Assembly (NCBI GenBank): GCA_040878325.1
Contig: JBBDMM010000010.1
Span: 124,001-188,000 of the forward strand
Length of the DNA stretch: 64,000 nt
Direction: 5' to 3'
From: Acidimicrobiia bacterium
GTDB lineage: Bacteria > Actinomycetota > Acidimicrobiia > Spongiisociales > UBA11373
Both the position numbers and the translations under genes were made by a program. The notes under the pieces are model-generated. The model was not told the origin of the DNA and did not search any database. It was given only the letters and a program-made list of their open reading frames with translations. The first letter of the stretch is position 1. Every line of letters starts with the position of its first letter. Below, one piece after another: positions 17,713-27,614 of this stretch.

Positions 17713-19332
17713 CTAGGTGTTCTTGTCTCCGACGGCGTACATGAAACCGTCGCGGCTGCCGACGTAGATCATCCCTTTCCACACCGCCGGGGTCGACTCG
17801 AGGTGGCTGCCGATCACGAGGGACCAGTCGAGCACCGGCGAGCGGGGGTCGGTGATGTTGAACTTGCGGAGGAGGCCGTCCTGGGCGGCAACTATCAGAT
17901 CGTTTCCGACCACCACCGGCGAGGACCAGGAACCGGGAGCCAGCTGAAGCGCGGCGATTTCCTCCCCGGTCGCCTGATCGACGACCACCAGGAAGCCCTT
18001 GTTGGTCACCGCATAGAGGACACCGTCGCCCAGTGCCGGTGTGGACCAGAGCCCGCCCTTGGCCGGGGCGGTCGTGAGCGAGAACATGCCCCAGACCCAG
18101 GGGTCCCCGGCTGTGTACGGGTCGAGCTTGATGAGCTGACCGACGTCCTGGGCCTGCTGCAGGTAGCGCTCGTACTCCGCCGACACGTAGAGGAATCCCT
18201 CTTCGTCTATGACGATCGAAGCGTCGACGTCGTCGCCGACCCAGTAGTCGAACACGACCGGCGCCTCGCCGTTCTCGATGTTGGTGATGTCGAGCCCGAT
18301 CACCCGGCCGGCCGAGTTCGCAAAGTAGGCGCGGCCCTCGAAAATGGCGGTGGTGTTCTCGACGCTTATCGCCGGATACGAGAGTCCGATCTTCTCCAGC
18401 AGCGCGTCGTCATAGGTCGACATCTTGAACAGGAGGGTCGGCTGGATCGTCACCAGGCCGAGATTGTCGTACGCCCGGTTCAGCTTCCAGATGTAGTACC
18501 AGCCGTTCTCGGCGCCCTCGAACAAGATGTCGTTGACGATGCGGGGGCTGGCATCCCAGTCGTCGTTCCATTGGCCCTCGACCGCGACCGTGTCCGACGG
18601 CTCCGGGCAGCTTGGCTTGGGAAGGCAGATCTCGAATGCCCACAATTCGACCGGTTCTCCGCGGTCGAGGGCGAGGGCGCGGAGTTTGTTGTCGCGGCTA
18701 CCGAAGTAGACGATCGGGTATCCGTCGGGGTCGATGGTGGGCGTTCCCTTGATCAAATCGCCGGTCTGAAAGGCGTCGCGGGTCTTCCTGCCCGTCTTGG
18801 CGTCGACGAAGTGGAGCTTCCCGTCGTATGCCCCGAAGATCATCTCGGTGACGCCGTCCTCACGCTCCCAGATGACCGGTTGGCCGGTCCACCCATTGCC
18901 GCACCAGGTGGTCGTCTGGCCGAGGTCGGTGGATTGGCTGCACATCGGGTTGTCGGGGTATTTCCAGGTCTTTTCCGGGTTGGATGGCACCGGCCCCTGG
19001 CCGTAGTAGGTGTTGGTGGGGTTGCCGCGGAAGGTAAGCAGCCCTTCGACGGCGGTTCCCCAGGGTTCCCCGACGGTGCTCCGGTCCACCCAGGCATGGG
19101 ATTGCGTGAACGCGGTCGTCGAGGTGGTCGCCCCCAGAGTGGTCGAGGAGGGCTCTGACGTGGCGGTGCCGCCGTTGGTGTCGGTGGTCGTGACGAGCGT
19201 TCCCAGGTCCGGAAGCGTGCCGGGGGCCGCCGTCGATTCTTCTGGTGCGAACATCGAGAACAGCGCGATGCTGGTCGCGGCGAGCAGGATGGCGAGCCCG
19301 GCTCCCACCTGGAGCGGGCGGATCGGTGACAT
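17713..19332 (-). CDS. Membrane-anchored PQQ-like beta-propeller protein (paralog 2)
   Basis: Shares WCGNGWTGQP and FDYWVGDDVD with the adjacent gene. Confidence 0.8.
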   Translation of the reverse strand: MSPIRPLQVGAGLAILLAATSIALFSMFAPEESTAAPGTLPDLGTLVTTTDTNGGTATSEPSSTTLGATTSTTAFTQSHAWVDRSTVGEPWGTAVEGLLTFRGNPTNTYYGQGPVPSNPEKTWKYPDNPMCSQSTDLGQTTTWCGNGWTGQPVIWEREDGVTEMIFGAYDGKLHFVDAKTGRKTRDAFQTGDLIKGTPTIDPDGYPIVYFGSRDNKLRALALDRGEPVELWAFEICLPKPSCPEPSDTVAVEGQWNDDWDASPRIVNDILFEGAENGWYYIWKLNRAYDNLGLVTIQPTLLFKMSTYDDALLEKIGLSYPAISVENTTAIFEGRAYFANSAGRVIGLDITNIENGEAPVVFDYWVGDDVDASIVIDEEGFLYVSAEYERYLQQAQDVGQLIKLDPYTAGDPWVWGMFSLTTAPAKGGLWSTPALGDGVLYAVTNKGFLVVVDQATGEEIAALQLAPGSWSSPVVVGNDLIVAAQDGLLRKFNITDPRSPVLDWSLVIGSHLESTPAVWKGMIYVGSRDGFMYAVGDKNT

Positions 19333-19373
19333 TCGGGGGCGAGTCTACGGAGGGTGAGGGGATAGGAGGGGTA

Positions 19374-19405
19374 CCAGTCTCCAGTCCCCAGTCTCCAGTC
19401 TCCAG
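19374..19405. repeat. Period-7 array (CCAGTCY)
   Basis: ccagtct ccagtcc ccagtct ccagtct ccag. Confidence 0.85.
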
Positions 19406-19450
19406 GCGGCCTTCGGCCGGTCAAGTCTCCGGAACGGCCGACGTGATGCG

Positions 19451-20341
19451 TTGCCCAGGGTTGCTTCGGGTAACAATGGGCCGATGTTCGCCGCTGCTAA
19501 AGAGCATGCCCTTGCCTTGCGCTGGCGTGTTCGCGACTCCGGGTTGTCGCTGCATGCGGCCGCGGTGGCTTATCACGCGTTTCTCGCCCTGGTTCCGCTG
19601 ACCCTCGCCTTGCTCGGGGTCGCCGGGCTCATCGGGCAGTCGGCTTCTGCGGTGGACCGACTCGAGAGGGCTCTCGAACCGGTTGCCCCAGAGTCAGTGG
19701 TCGAGTTCATCGTCGACCTCATGACGGAGGCGGGTGTGCGCGTTGGGGGGAGCGAGGGCATCCTGATCCTCATCTCCTCGATCGTCGCCCTGTATCTCGG
19801 TTCGCGCGCCGTGGTGGCCCTGCAGAGGGCGCTCGCCGCGGTCGACCACCAGATCGCGGGGCGCCGGGGCGCCTCCATCCGGCTGGCCGCGGTCGGCCTG
19901 ACCGTCGCCGGTGGCATCACCCTGCTCATCACCTCCGTGCTGCTGGTGGCCGGCCGCGAGATCTTCGAGTTCCTCGGCTACCTCACCGGCTTCGACGCCC
20001 TGGCCGACCTCTGGGTGTGGCTACGAGTTCCCGTGTCGGCCCTCGGCCTCTTCGGTTTCCTTCTCGCCCTGTACACCTTCGGCCCACCCCGGCCCTTGCC
20101 AGGGGCGTGGTTGGCCGCCGCGGTGGCCACGGCGGTTGCTCTGCTGGGCAGCCTCGGATTCGGGCTGTACCTGTCCGCCGCCCCTGATCTCGGCCCGACC
20201 TTCGGCACGCTGGGTGCCGTCGCGGTGGCGCTGGTCTGGCTCTATGTCGGCGCTCTCGCCATCCTCTTCGGTGCGGTGGTCGCCCTGTACGTCGCGGGCG
20301 AGCCCCCGCCCGATCAAGTCCTCGCCGCTCCCCTCGACTAG
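19451..20341 (+). CDS. YihY/BrkB family membrane protein
   Basis: AAAVAYHAFLALVP, FGTLGAVAVALVWLY; start may be slightly downstream. Confidence 0.85.
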   Translation: MPRVASGNNGPMFAAAKEHALALRWRVRDSGLSLHAAAVAYHAFLALVPLTLALLGVAGLIGQSASAVDRLERALEPVAPESVVEFIVDLMTEAGVRVGGSEGILILISSIVALYLGSRAVVALQRALAAVDHQIAGRRGASIRLAAVGLTVAGGITLLITSVLLVAGREIFEFLGYLTGFDALADLWVWLRVPVSALGLFGFLLALYTFGPPRPLPGAWLAAAVATAVALLGSLGFGLYLSAAPDLGPTFGTLGAVAVALVWLYVGALAILFGAVVALYVAGEPPPDQVLAAPLD

Positions 20342-20409
20342 GCGGGCGGGCGGCCTTCGGCCGCCTTGGGCCGACCTTCGGTCGGCCTGCCCGCGGCTAC
20401 CGTCGGCGG

Positions 20410-22161
20410 GTGACGTCGGGGATGCGGGAAAGCGAGGCGGACGCCGGTTTTCGGCTGCTCACCCGGACCCTGTTGGGTTATCGGCGCGACATGGCGCTCG
20501 CCATCGGCGGGGCGCTTTTGTGGATGGTGATGACGGTGGCGGTGCCCTACCTGGTCAGCCGGGTGGTCGACGAGGCACTCCTCGGAGAACAGGGCACCGA
20601 CCTCGGTGGTCTTGTGCTCCTCCTTCTCGGGGCAGGGGTGCTGCTGGGAATCGGCATCGGGGCTCGTCGGTATTACGGCTTTCGGCTCTCCTATCGGGCC
20701 GAGACCGACCTCCGCAATCGGATGTTCGAGCACATCCAGCGGATGGCGTTCTCCTTCCACGATGTCACCAGCACCGGTGAGCTGATGGCCCGGGCGTCGA
20801 GCGACCTGTCGCAGGTACGCCTGATCTACGCGATGACTCCGATCACGGTCGCCAACATCGGGATGTTTCTCTCGGTGGCGGTGATGCTCGTGGTTCTCGA
20901 TCCGGTGCTGGGACTGGTGACCTCGCTCACCGTGCCGCTGGTCCTGTTTCTGGCGCGTCGTTACGCCAAGCGCGTGCTGAAGCTGTCGTTCGAAGTGCAG
21001 CAGCGATTGGCCGACTTGAGCCGGGTGGTCGAGGATTCCATCGGCGGGATCCAGGTGATCAAGTCGTATGGTCAGGAAGACCAGGAGCAGGCCAAGCTGG
21101 ACGTGGCGGCCGAGCGAATCTTCGATCGCGGTACTCGCCTGGCCCGGATTCGAGCGGCTTACGCCCCGCTTTTCGAGATGGTCCCGTCGTTCGCCAACAT
21201 CGCCGTGTTGCTACTGGGCGGATTCCGGGTGGTGTCGGGTCACATCACCCTCGGCGAGTTCGTTGCGTTCACCCAGTACCTCGCACTGTTGAACTTCCCT
21301 TTGCGCATCACCGGGTGGTACTTCGCGCAGATTCCGCGGGCCACCGCCGCAGCCACGCGGATTCAAACATTGCTCGGACAGGCGCCGGCGATCACCAATC
21401 CTACGGCTTCGGTGCCCGTCCCGCCGGGGCCGGGCGAGGTGCGGTTCCACCAGGTGTCGTTCGCCTACCCCGGCGGCCCGGCCGTGCTCGAGCGGGTCGA
21501 CCTGACGATCCCCGGCGGGAGCTCCTTCGCACTGGTAGGCCCGACCGGCTCGGGAAAGACCACCATTGCTCACCTCATACCGCGGTTCCGCGACGTCGAT
21601 GGCGGGGCGATCACCCTCGACGGCCTCGACGTCCGCAAGATCGACCTCGATGAACTGCGGCGGGAGGTGGCCGTGGTGTTCCAGGAGACCTTCCTCTTCT
21701 CCGCGCCGGTACGCGAAAACATCTCATTCGGCGATCCCACGGCCACCGACGAGCAGATCCGTCTCGCCGCCCGGTTGGCCCAGGCTCACGACTTCATAAC
21801 CGCACTGCCGGAGGGTTACGACACGATCGTGGGCGAACGCGGCCACTCGCTGTCCGGAGGCCAGCGGCAACGAGTCGCACTCGCCCGCGCGGTGCTGCGC
21901 GATCCCCGGGTACTGATCCTCGACGATGCCACCTCCTCGGTCGACGCGATCGTTGAGGCGGAGATGCTGGCCGCCCTGGAGCAGGTGATGAAGGGCCGCA
22001 CCACGATCATCATCGCCCATCGGACTTCGACCCTGGCTCTGGTCGATCAGGTGGTGTTCATGGACGAGGGTCAGATCGTCGCCACCGGTCCGCACGCGCA
22101 CCTCTTGGCGACCGTCCCGCGCTATGGCGAGGTTCTCGCTCAGGTCGAGGCTACGCCATGA
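20410..22161 (+). CDS. ABC exporter fused permease/ATPase, subunit 1
   Basis: TM domain; GPTGSGKT, LSGGQRQR, degenerate Walker B ILDD. Confidence 0.9.
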   Translation: MTSGMRESEADAGFRLLTRTLLGYRRDMALAIGGALLWMVMTVAVPYLVSRVVDEALLGEQGTDLGGLVLLLLGAGVLLGIGIGARRYYGFRLSYRAETDLRNRMFEHIQRMAFSFHDVTSTGELMARASSDLSQVRLIYAMTPITVANIGMFLSVAVMLVVLDPVLGLVTSLTVPLVLFLARRYAKRVLKLSFEVQQRLADLSRVVEDSIGGIQVIKSYGQEDQEQAKLDVAAERIFDRGTRLARIRAAYAPLFEMVPSFANIAVLLLGGFRVVSGHITLGEFVAFTQYLALLNFPLRITGWYFAQIPRATAAATRIQTLLGQAPAITNPTASVPVPPGPGEVRFHQVSFAYPGGPAVLERVDLTIPGGSSFALVGPTGSGKTTIAHLIPRFRDVDGGAITLDGLDVRKIDLDELRREVAVVFQETFLFSAPVRENISFGDPTATDEQIRLAARLAQAHDFITALPEGYDTIVGERGHSLSGGQRQRVALARAVLRDPRVLILDDATSSVDAIVEAEMLAALEQVMKGRTTIIIAHRTSTLALVDQVVFMDEGQIVATGPHAHLLATVPRYGEVLAQVEATP

Positions 22162-23915
22162 CAGACGCCGACCGCCCGAGCTCTGGTCTCATCGGTCGGG
22201 CCGCCCGACTGGGTCGCGGCCTGGGACGGGCGCTGCTGGGTGCGACGGTGGCAACAGTGGTGGCCACCATCGCCCGGCTGCTGGGCCCGATCGCCATTCG
22301 CGTCGGCATCGACGACGGGATCACGGCAAGTGATCGGTCGCTGATCGTCATCGCCGCGGCCGCGTTCACCGCGCTGCTCATCATGCAGTACGTGGCGCAA
22401 CGGATTGCCCAGTACGCCGTGGCGTGGCTCGGCGAGCGGTATCTGCAGATGCTGCGCTCGAGGGTGTTCTCCCACCTGATGCGCCTCGACATGGGGTTCT
22501 ACGGCCGCACCAAGGCTGGGGTCTTGGTCAGCCGGATGACCAACGACATCGAATCGGTGCAGGACTTCGCCGAGGAGGGTGCCGTGACCCTGGTCACCAA
22601 CGTGTTGACCCTGTTCGGGGTGACGGTGGCGATGGTGCTGGTGGACCCCACCGTCGCCGGGCAGGTGCTGCTGCTGATCATCTTCTTGGTGGGCCTCTCG
22701 TACGTGTTCCAGCGATTCGCCGGCCGCGCCTACCGCGAGGTGCGGGAACAGATCGGAAGGGTGCTGGCCACGCTGCAGGAGGGGATCACCGGAGTCCGAG
22801 TCGTCCAAGCCTTCACCCGTGAGCGTGAGCAGGCCGGAGAGTTCGGCCGCGTGAACGAGAAGTATTACGAGGCGAACATGAACACCGCCCGGGCGGTCGC
22901 CTGGTACTTCCCCGCGGTAGCCTTCCTGCGCATCGCCGGGTACGGCATCGTCCTCTACTTCGGTGGCAGACGGGTGGTGTCGGGCGACCTCTCGTTTGGC
23001 ACGCTGGTGTCGATGCTGCTCTACCTCGACTGGTTCTTCCAGCCGATCATCAACCTCTCCCAGGTCTACAACCAGATGCAGTCGGCGGCGGCCGCCCTCT
23101 CGAAGCTGTTTCGCCTCCTCGATACGCCACCGGCCGTGGCCGATCTCCGTGGTGCCGATGATCTGCCGGGTCGACTGTCCGGCGAGGTGGTGCTCGAGGG
23201 CGTCTCGTTCGGGTACGAGCCCGGCTTGCTCGTGGTCGAGGACGTCGATCTGCAGATCGCGCCGGGGGAGCGGATCGCCATCGTGGGTGAGACGGGTGCC
23301 GGCAAGTCGACCCTGGCGCGGCTGGTACTCCGGTTCTACGACCCGACCGTCGGCCGGGTGCTGATCGATGGGCACGACCTCAAGTCGGTCACGAGAGAGG
23401 CACGGGCGCGGCACGCGGTGCTCATTCCTCAGGAGGGCTTCCTGTTCAACGGAACGCTGCGCGAGAACCTGCGTTACGCGCGCCCGGGCGCGGGTGACGA
23501 AGAACTGTGGGAGGTCTGCCGGGCCATCGGCATCGAAGAATGGGTGCGCGAGCTGCCCGAGCGGTTTGACACGCTGGTCAGGGAACGCGGCGGCCGGTTC
23601 TCGGCGGGGGAGAGGCAGTTGATCGCCCTCGCCCGCGCCCTACTGGTCGACCCGGCAGTGATCGTCCTCGACGAGGCCACGGCGAATCTCGACCCCGAAA
23701 CGGAAGCGCGCGTCGAGCGGGCGCTGCACACCCTGCTCGAGAGCCGGACCGCCATCGTCATCGCCCATCGCCTACGCAGCGCCGAGCGCGCCGACCGGGT
23801 GGTGATGATGGACGCGGGACGGGTGATCGCCCTGGGATCCCACGCCCAATTGCTCAGCACCAGCCCCGAATACCAACGCCTGGTGAGCGTGTGGGAGCGC
23901 GGCGTGTTGAGGTGA
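22158..23915 (+). CDS. ABC exporter fused permease/ATPase, subunit 2
   Basis: GETGAGKS, FSAGERQ, VLDEAT; heterodimeric pair with the upstream gene. Confidence 0.9.
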   Translation: MTDADRPSSGLIGRAARLGRGLGRALLGATVATVVATIARLLGPIAIRVGIDDGITASDRSLIVIAAAAFTALLIMQYVAQRIAQYAVAWLGERYLQMLRSRVFSHLMRLDMGFYGRTKAGVLVSRMTNDIESVQDFAEEGAVTLVTNVLTLFGVTVAMVLVDPTVAGQVLLLIIFLVGLSYVFQRFAGRAYREVREQIGRVLATLQEGITGVRVVQAFTREREQAGEFGRVNEKYYEANMNTARAVAWYFPAVAFLRIAGYGIVLYFGGRRVVSGDLSFGTLVSMLLYLDWFFQPIINLSQVYNQMQSAAAALSKLFRLLDTPPAVADLRGADDLPGRLSGEVVLEGVSFGYEPGLLVVEDVDLQIAPGERIAIVGETGAGKSTLARLVLRFYDPTVGRVLIDGHDLKSVTREARARHAVLIPQEGFLFNGTLRENLRYARPGAGDEELWEVCRAIGIEEWVRELPERFDTLVRERGGRFSAGERQLIALARALLVDPAVIVLDEATANLDPETEARVERALHTLLESRTAIVIAHRLRSAERADRVVMMDAGRVIALGSHAQLLSTSPEYQRLVSVWERGVLR

Positions 23916-23947
23916 TCATGGGCGTTCACCGTACTCGCGGACGAGTG

Positions 23948-24093
23948 GCGATAGGCAATACGCGATAAGCAATTCGACAGAAACCATTGAGCGCTCCTCC
24001 AGATGGTCAGCCGTTCGCGTCGGCTAGCCGGAGTCGCGTCGGAGGCCGATCTACGCGCTCTGTCGTATTGCGTATCGCGTATTGCGAATTGCG
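23948..24093. repeat. MITE-like element: inverted period-7 arms (GCRATWC...GACAGA) around a ~75-bp core
   Basis: Left gcgatag gcaatac gcgataa gcaattc gacaga; right arm is the reverse complement; 24057-24078 is the exact reverse complement of 1731-1752. Confidence 0.8.
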
Positions 24094-24098
24094 CTTCG

Positions 24099-24536
24099 TC
24101 ACGCGGTCTCACCTCTCCTCATCATCCAGGCTTCGGGGTGGTCCAGGGCGGTGAACCCGAATTGTCGGTAGAGCTCATGCGCGTCGGCGGTGGCGAGGGC
24201 GAAACGTTTGATCTCCCTGAGGCGCGGGTGCTGGGTCGCCGCCTCGACCAGCGCCTTGCCGAGCCCGGTTCCACGGTGCGCCGTGACCACGAACACGTCG
24301 CACAGCCAGGCGAAAGTGGCGAAGTCGGTGACCACCCGGGCGCCGCCGACCATCTCGCCTGATTCCGCGTATGCCCCGAAATTGAGGCTGTGGGCGACCG
24401 CCATCTCGACTGTCTCCCTCGTTCGGCCCCGGGCCCAATACGACTCCTCGTCGAGCCACCGTCGGATCAGGTCGAGGTCCAGTCGGGCCGGATCGGTCGA
24501 GATCGTGTATCGGCCGTGGTGGAGTTCGATCGTCAC
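24099..24536 (-). CDS. GNAT N-acetyltransferase
   Basis: ESYWARGR, ARVVTDFATFAWLCDVFV, HRGTGLGK. Confidence 0.9.
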   Translation of the reverse strand: MTIELHHGRYTISTDPARLDLDLIRRWLDEESYWARGRTRETVEMAVAHSLNFGAYAESGEMVGGARVVTDFATFAWLCDVFVVTAHRGTGLGKALVEAATQHPRLREIKRFALATADAHELYRQFGFTALDHPEAWMMRRGETA

Positions 24537-25552
24537 GGCTGCACCATCAGTCGCCCCACGATTCGGCGCTCGCCGCGGGCGGCGGTCCGGATCACGTCGG
24601 CGGCTTCGTCCAGGGCCACTCTCTCAATGGGCGGGGGCTGGAGGGCGCCCTCCCCTAAGGCTGCCAGTACTGCCTCGGCGTCGCCGGGAAGGCTCCCGTA
24701 GGAGCCGGTGAGGGTGTACTCGTGGTTCGACCAGAGCACCGGAGGGAGGGTGACCAGAGGCTCGGTTCCGACTCCGACCACCACGGCGACGCCACCCGGT
24801 CGCAGGCACTTGACCGCGGCGTCGACGGTCGCCGCCCGGCCGACGAATTCGAGGGCAGTGTCGACTCCGCCATCCGTCAGCAGCTTCACCTGCCGGCCGA
24901 GCGAGGTTCCGGGCTCGACCAGGACAACCTCGTCTGCCCCGAGCCGGCGGGCCTCCTCGAGCCGATCGGGGTCGATGTCGGCGGCGATGACGGGACCCGC
25001 CCCAAGGTTGCGGGCGATCTGCAGTGCATACCCTCCGAGTCCGCCTACACCGATGATGGCCACCGAGTCGCCGGCGCGCACGCCGGCCCGGCGGGTGACG
25101 GCGTGAAACGCGGTCGCCCCGGCGTCGACCGCGGTCGCGGCTACCTCGGGGGAGAGTTCTGGCGGACGGCGGATGAGCATGTCAGCCCGAACCCGAACCA
25201 GGTCGGCGAGGCCCCCATCGGTGTGGATTCCCATGACCTCGGATCGCTCGCAGAGGCTTACTCGCCCCTCCAGGCACCGCCGGCATTCCCCGCAGTGTCC
25301 TCCGGCGGCCACCAGGACCGGGCTGGAGACAGGCCACCCGTCGATGGAGGACTGGTCGACGGTTCCGGCTATCTCGTGGCCCAAAGTGATCGGGGTATGG
25401 GCAGTTCGGGCGGTTCCGTCGAGGAAGTGGAGGTCCGACCCGCAGACCCCGCACGCCTCGACCCGGACGATCACCTCCCCGTCTCCCGCGATCGGCTCAG
25501 TGATGTGTTCGAGCCGCAGGTCCCCTACCCCATGAAATCGCAGCGCCCGCAT
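24533..25552 (-). CDS. Zinc-dependent alcohol dehydrogenase (MDR family)
   Basis: CGVCGSD, GHEIAG, CGECRRC...C, GVGGLG. Confidence 0.9.
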   Translation of the reverse strand: MRALRFHGVGDLRLEHITEPIAGDGEVIVRVEACGVCGSDLHFLDGTARTAHTPITLGHEIAGTVDQSSIDGWPVSSPVLVAAGGHCGECRRCLEGRVSLCERSEVMGIHTDGGLADLVRVRADMLIRRPPELSPEVAATAVDAGATAFHAVTRRAGVRAGDSVAIIGVGGLGGYALQIARNLGAGPVIAADIDPDRLEEARRLGADEVVLVEPGTSLGRQVKLLTDGGVDTALEFVGRAATVDAAVKCLRPGGVAVVVGVGTEPLVTLPPVLWSNHEYTLTGSYGSLPGDAEAVLAALGEGALQPPPIERVALDEAADVIRTAARGERRIVGRLMVQP

Positions 25553-25747
25553 CCCCGCAGTCTTCCAGATGACCGGCCGGGTGGGTCGATCCGTTCCGGG
25601 GAAATCGGAATCGACTCCTCTTCCTGACTAGTCCCACCCCGCGAAGGCGAATGGCGTCGCCGAAACTACAGAAAGTGTTGAAGCGACGACTCTCTGCACA
25701 TAGCATGCGACCCGGGTCCTTTTCTCTCTCTCATCCCTGAGGTCTGA

Positions 25748-25987
25748 ATGCGCAGTCTTGTCGTCGCCGCCGTCCTGCTCGTTGGATTGGCCCTGGCCCC
25801 GGAGGCAGGCGCCACCGGGCCGCGCGACCTGGCCGTTTCCGGGTCGCTCGCCGCCGCGCGGCTGGCGACGGGCGGGGTCGAGGACTCCGCAGTCCACTAC
25901 GCCGGCGTCAACACGCCCCAGTTGTCGGCCAACCAGCGGCAGCGACTCGACGGCAGCGATCCCGTCCACCAGGTGGGCGTGACTTGA
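25748..25987 (+). CDS. Possible small secreted protein
   Basis: Signal-peptide-like MRSLVVAAVLLVGLALAPEAGA; GAGG upstream. Confidence 0.35.
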   Translation: MRSLVVAAVLLVGLALAPEAGATGPRDLAVSGSLAAARLATGGVEDSAVHYAGVNTPQLSANQRQRLDGSDPVHQVGVT

Positions 25988-26063
25988 TCGCCTCGGGGTG
26001 GCGTGATTGGTCGCCGCCACGGGGATAGCATGACTACCAGTTCAGGCGGGTGATGGAGGGCAA

Positions 26064-27125
26064 ATGTCGAACATTGTCCATGTCGTTGGCACCGGGACCA
26101 TCGGGGAGCCCTTGATCGGGCTCCTCGCCGACTACCGCGAGGCCTTCGGTATCGACGAGGTCACCTTCCACAAGCGCACTCCGATGATCGAGGAGCGCGC
26201 CAAGGTCAAGGACCTCGTTGGCCGCGGCGCCGTTCTCGCGGTGGATGCGGATCGACGCTCCTCGTTCGAGGAGATTGGCCACAATCCCAAGCTGGAGACC
26301 ATGGAGGCGATCGAGCGGGCGTCGGTGGTCATCGACTGCACCCCGGCCGGTAACGCCAACAAGGTCGATCACTACGAGCAGGCGCGTGGACCGCTGGGTT
26401 TCCTTGCTCAGGGCTCCGAGTTCGGGTTCGGCAAGATGTATGCCCGGGGCATCAACGACGATGCGTTGGTCCGGGGTCACGACCGGTTCATCCACGTGGT
26501 GTCGTGCAACACCCACAACATCTCGGTGCTGATCAAGACGCTCGCCTTCGACGAGGGGGGAACGGTCTCGCACCTCGAGAACGGCCGGTTCCTGTGCATG
26601 CGTCGGGCGAATGACATCAGCCAGGACAGCGGCTTTGCCCCGAGCCCGTCGGTGGGCCGCCATGACGACGCCCGCTTCGGCACTCACCACGCCCGCGACG
26701 CCCATCACCTGTTCGAGACGCTGGGTCACGACCTACCGGTCTTCTCGTCGGCGGTGAAGCTCCCGACCCAGTACATGCACGCCCTGCACTTCAGTCTGGT
26801 ACTCGATGAGGAGATCACCGTCGAGGGTGCGATCGACCGGCTGAGCGCCAACCGACGGGTGGCTTTGACCCACAAGCGGTCTGCCAACCAGATCTTCTCC
26901 TTCGGACGGGACCACGGCTACTACGGCCGAATCCTCAGCCAGACGGTGCTGCCGATCGAGACATTGGCGGTGCGTAACGGCAACGAGCTCGTCGGATTCT
27001 GCTTCACCCCCCAGGACGGCAACGCCCTGCTCTCGTCGATCGCGGCGACCCTCTGGTACCTCCACCCCGAAGGAGTAGGCGACCGCCTCGACATCCTCCG
27101 GCGCTACCTGTTCCAGGAGGTCTAG
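26064..27125 (+). CDS. Archaeal-type (class II) GAPDH-like dehydrogenase
   Basis: VVGTGTIG Rossmann motif, VIDCTP, VVSCNTH active-site-like motif, RRAND. Confidence 0.7.
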   Translation: MSNIVHVVGTGTIGEPLIGLLADYREAFGIDEVTFHKRTPMIEERAKVKDLVGRGAVLAVDADRRSSFEEIGHNPKLETMEAIERASVVIDCTPAGNANKVDHYEQARGPLGFLAQGSEFGFGKMYARGINDDALVRGHDRFIHVVSCNTHNISVLIKTLAFDEGGTVSHLENGRFLCMRRANDISQDSGFAPSPSVGRHDDARFGTHHARDAHHLFETLGHDLPVFSSAVKLPTQYMHALHFSLVLDEEITVEGAIDRLSANRRVALTHKRSANQIFSFGRDHGYYGRILSQTVLPIETLAVRNGNELVGFCFTPQDGNALLSSIAATLWYLHPEGVGDRLDILRRYLFQEV

Positions 27126-27146
27126 GCCCGAGCTCCGCTCGGGCCG

Positions 27147-27287
27147 GCAATTCGCAATTCGTAGGTCGGGCGGCTCGCGTCCTGCACATCTCCGGAGGCA
27201 TCTCTAATCCGTCAGGTCGCCGCTCGTCGCAACTCGACAGAATCGCGACATGAGGGGCGAGCGCGATCCTTCGAATTGCTAATCGCG
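27147..27287. repeat. Degenerate inverted period-7 element (GCAATTC)
   Basis: gcaattc gcaattc ... gaattgc taatcgc. Confidence 0.55.
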
Positions 27288-27312
27288 GGAGGACGCCCGA
27301 AGGGCGTCCGAC

Positions 27313-27540
27313 TCACGTCCGATAGCGCCAGACGATGCGGCCGCGGCTGGGGTCGTAGACCGAGAGGTCGATGTCGACCTTGTCGCCGGGGAGGATGCGG
27401 ATGTAGCGGCCCCGGCGCATCTTGCCGGAGGCGCGGGCGAGCACTTCGAGACCGCCTTCGATCTCTACTTTGAACATGGCGTTGGGAAGGGTCTCGAGGA
27501 CCGTCCCCTGCACGCGTACGACGTCATCTTGTTTGGTCAC
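27313..27540 (-). CDS. infA: Translation initiation factor IF-1
   Basis: [14 protein letters not shown]...SGKMR...IRILPGDKV...[15 protein letters not shown] 27540 with GGAG RBS. Confidence 0.95.
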   Translation of the reverse strand: MTKQDDVVRVQGTVLETLPNAMFKVEIEGGLEVLARASGKMRRGRYIRILPGDKVDIDLSVYDPSRGRIVWRYRT

Positions 27541-27614
27541 ATTGTCTCCGATGCGGGATTCCGAACCCGCGCGAATCAAGGGTAGCGGGTAAGGAGGCCG
27601 CCAAAGGCGGCCGA

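Noticed and set aside
14687..19158. Long antisense ORFs (e.g. 14687-15976, 17188-19158; also 56358-58409 and 59962-61686)
   Set aside because: Shadow ORFs opposite well-supported genes, typical of high-GC DNA.
25580..25745. Possible riboswitch upstream of the small secreted ORF
   Set aside because: Some pairing (CGTCGC...GCGACG), but I could not match a known riboswitch consensus; needs an Rfam scan.
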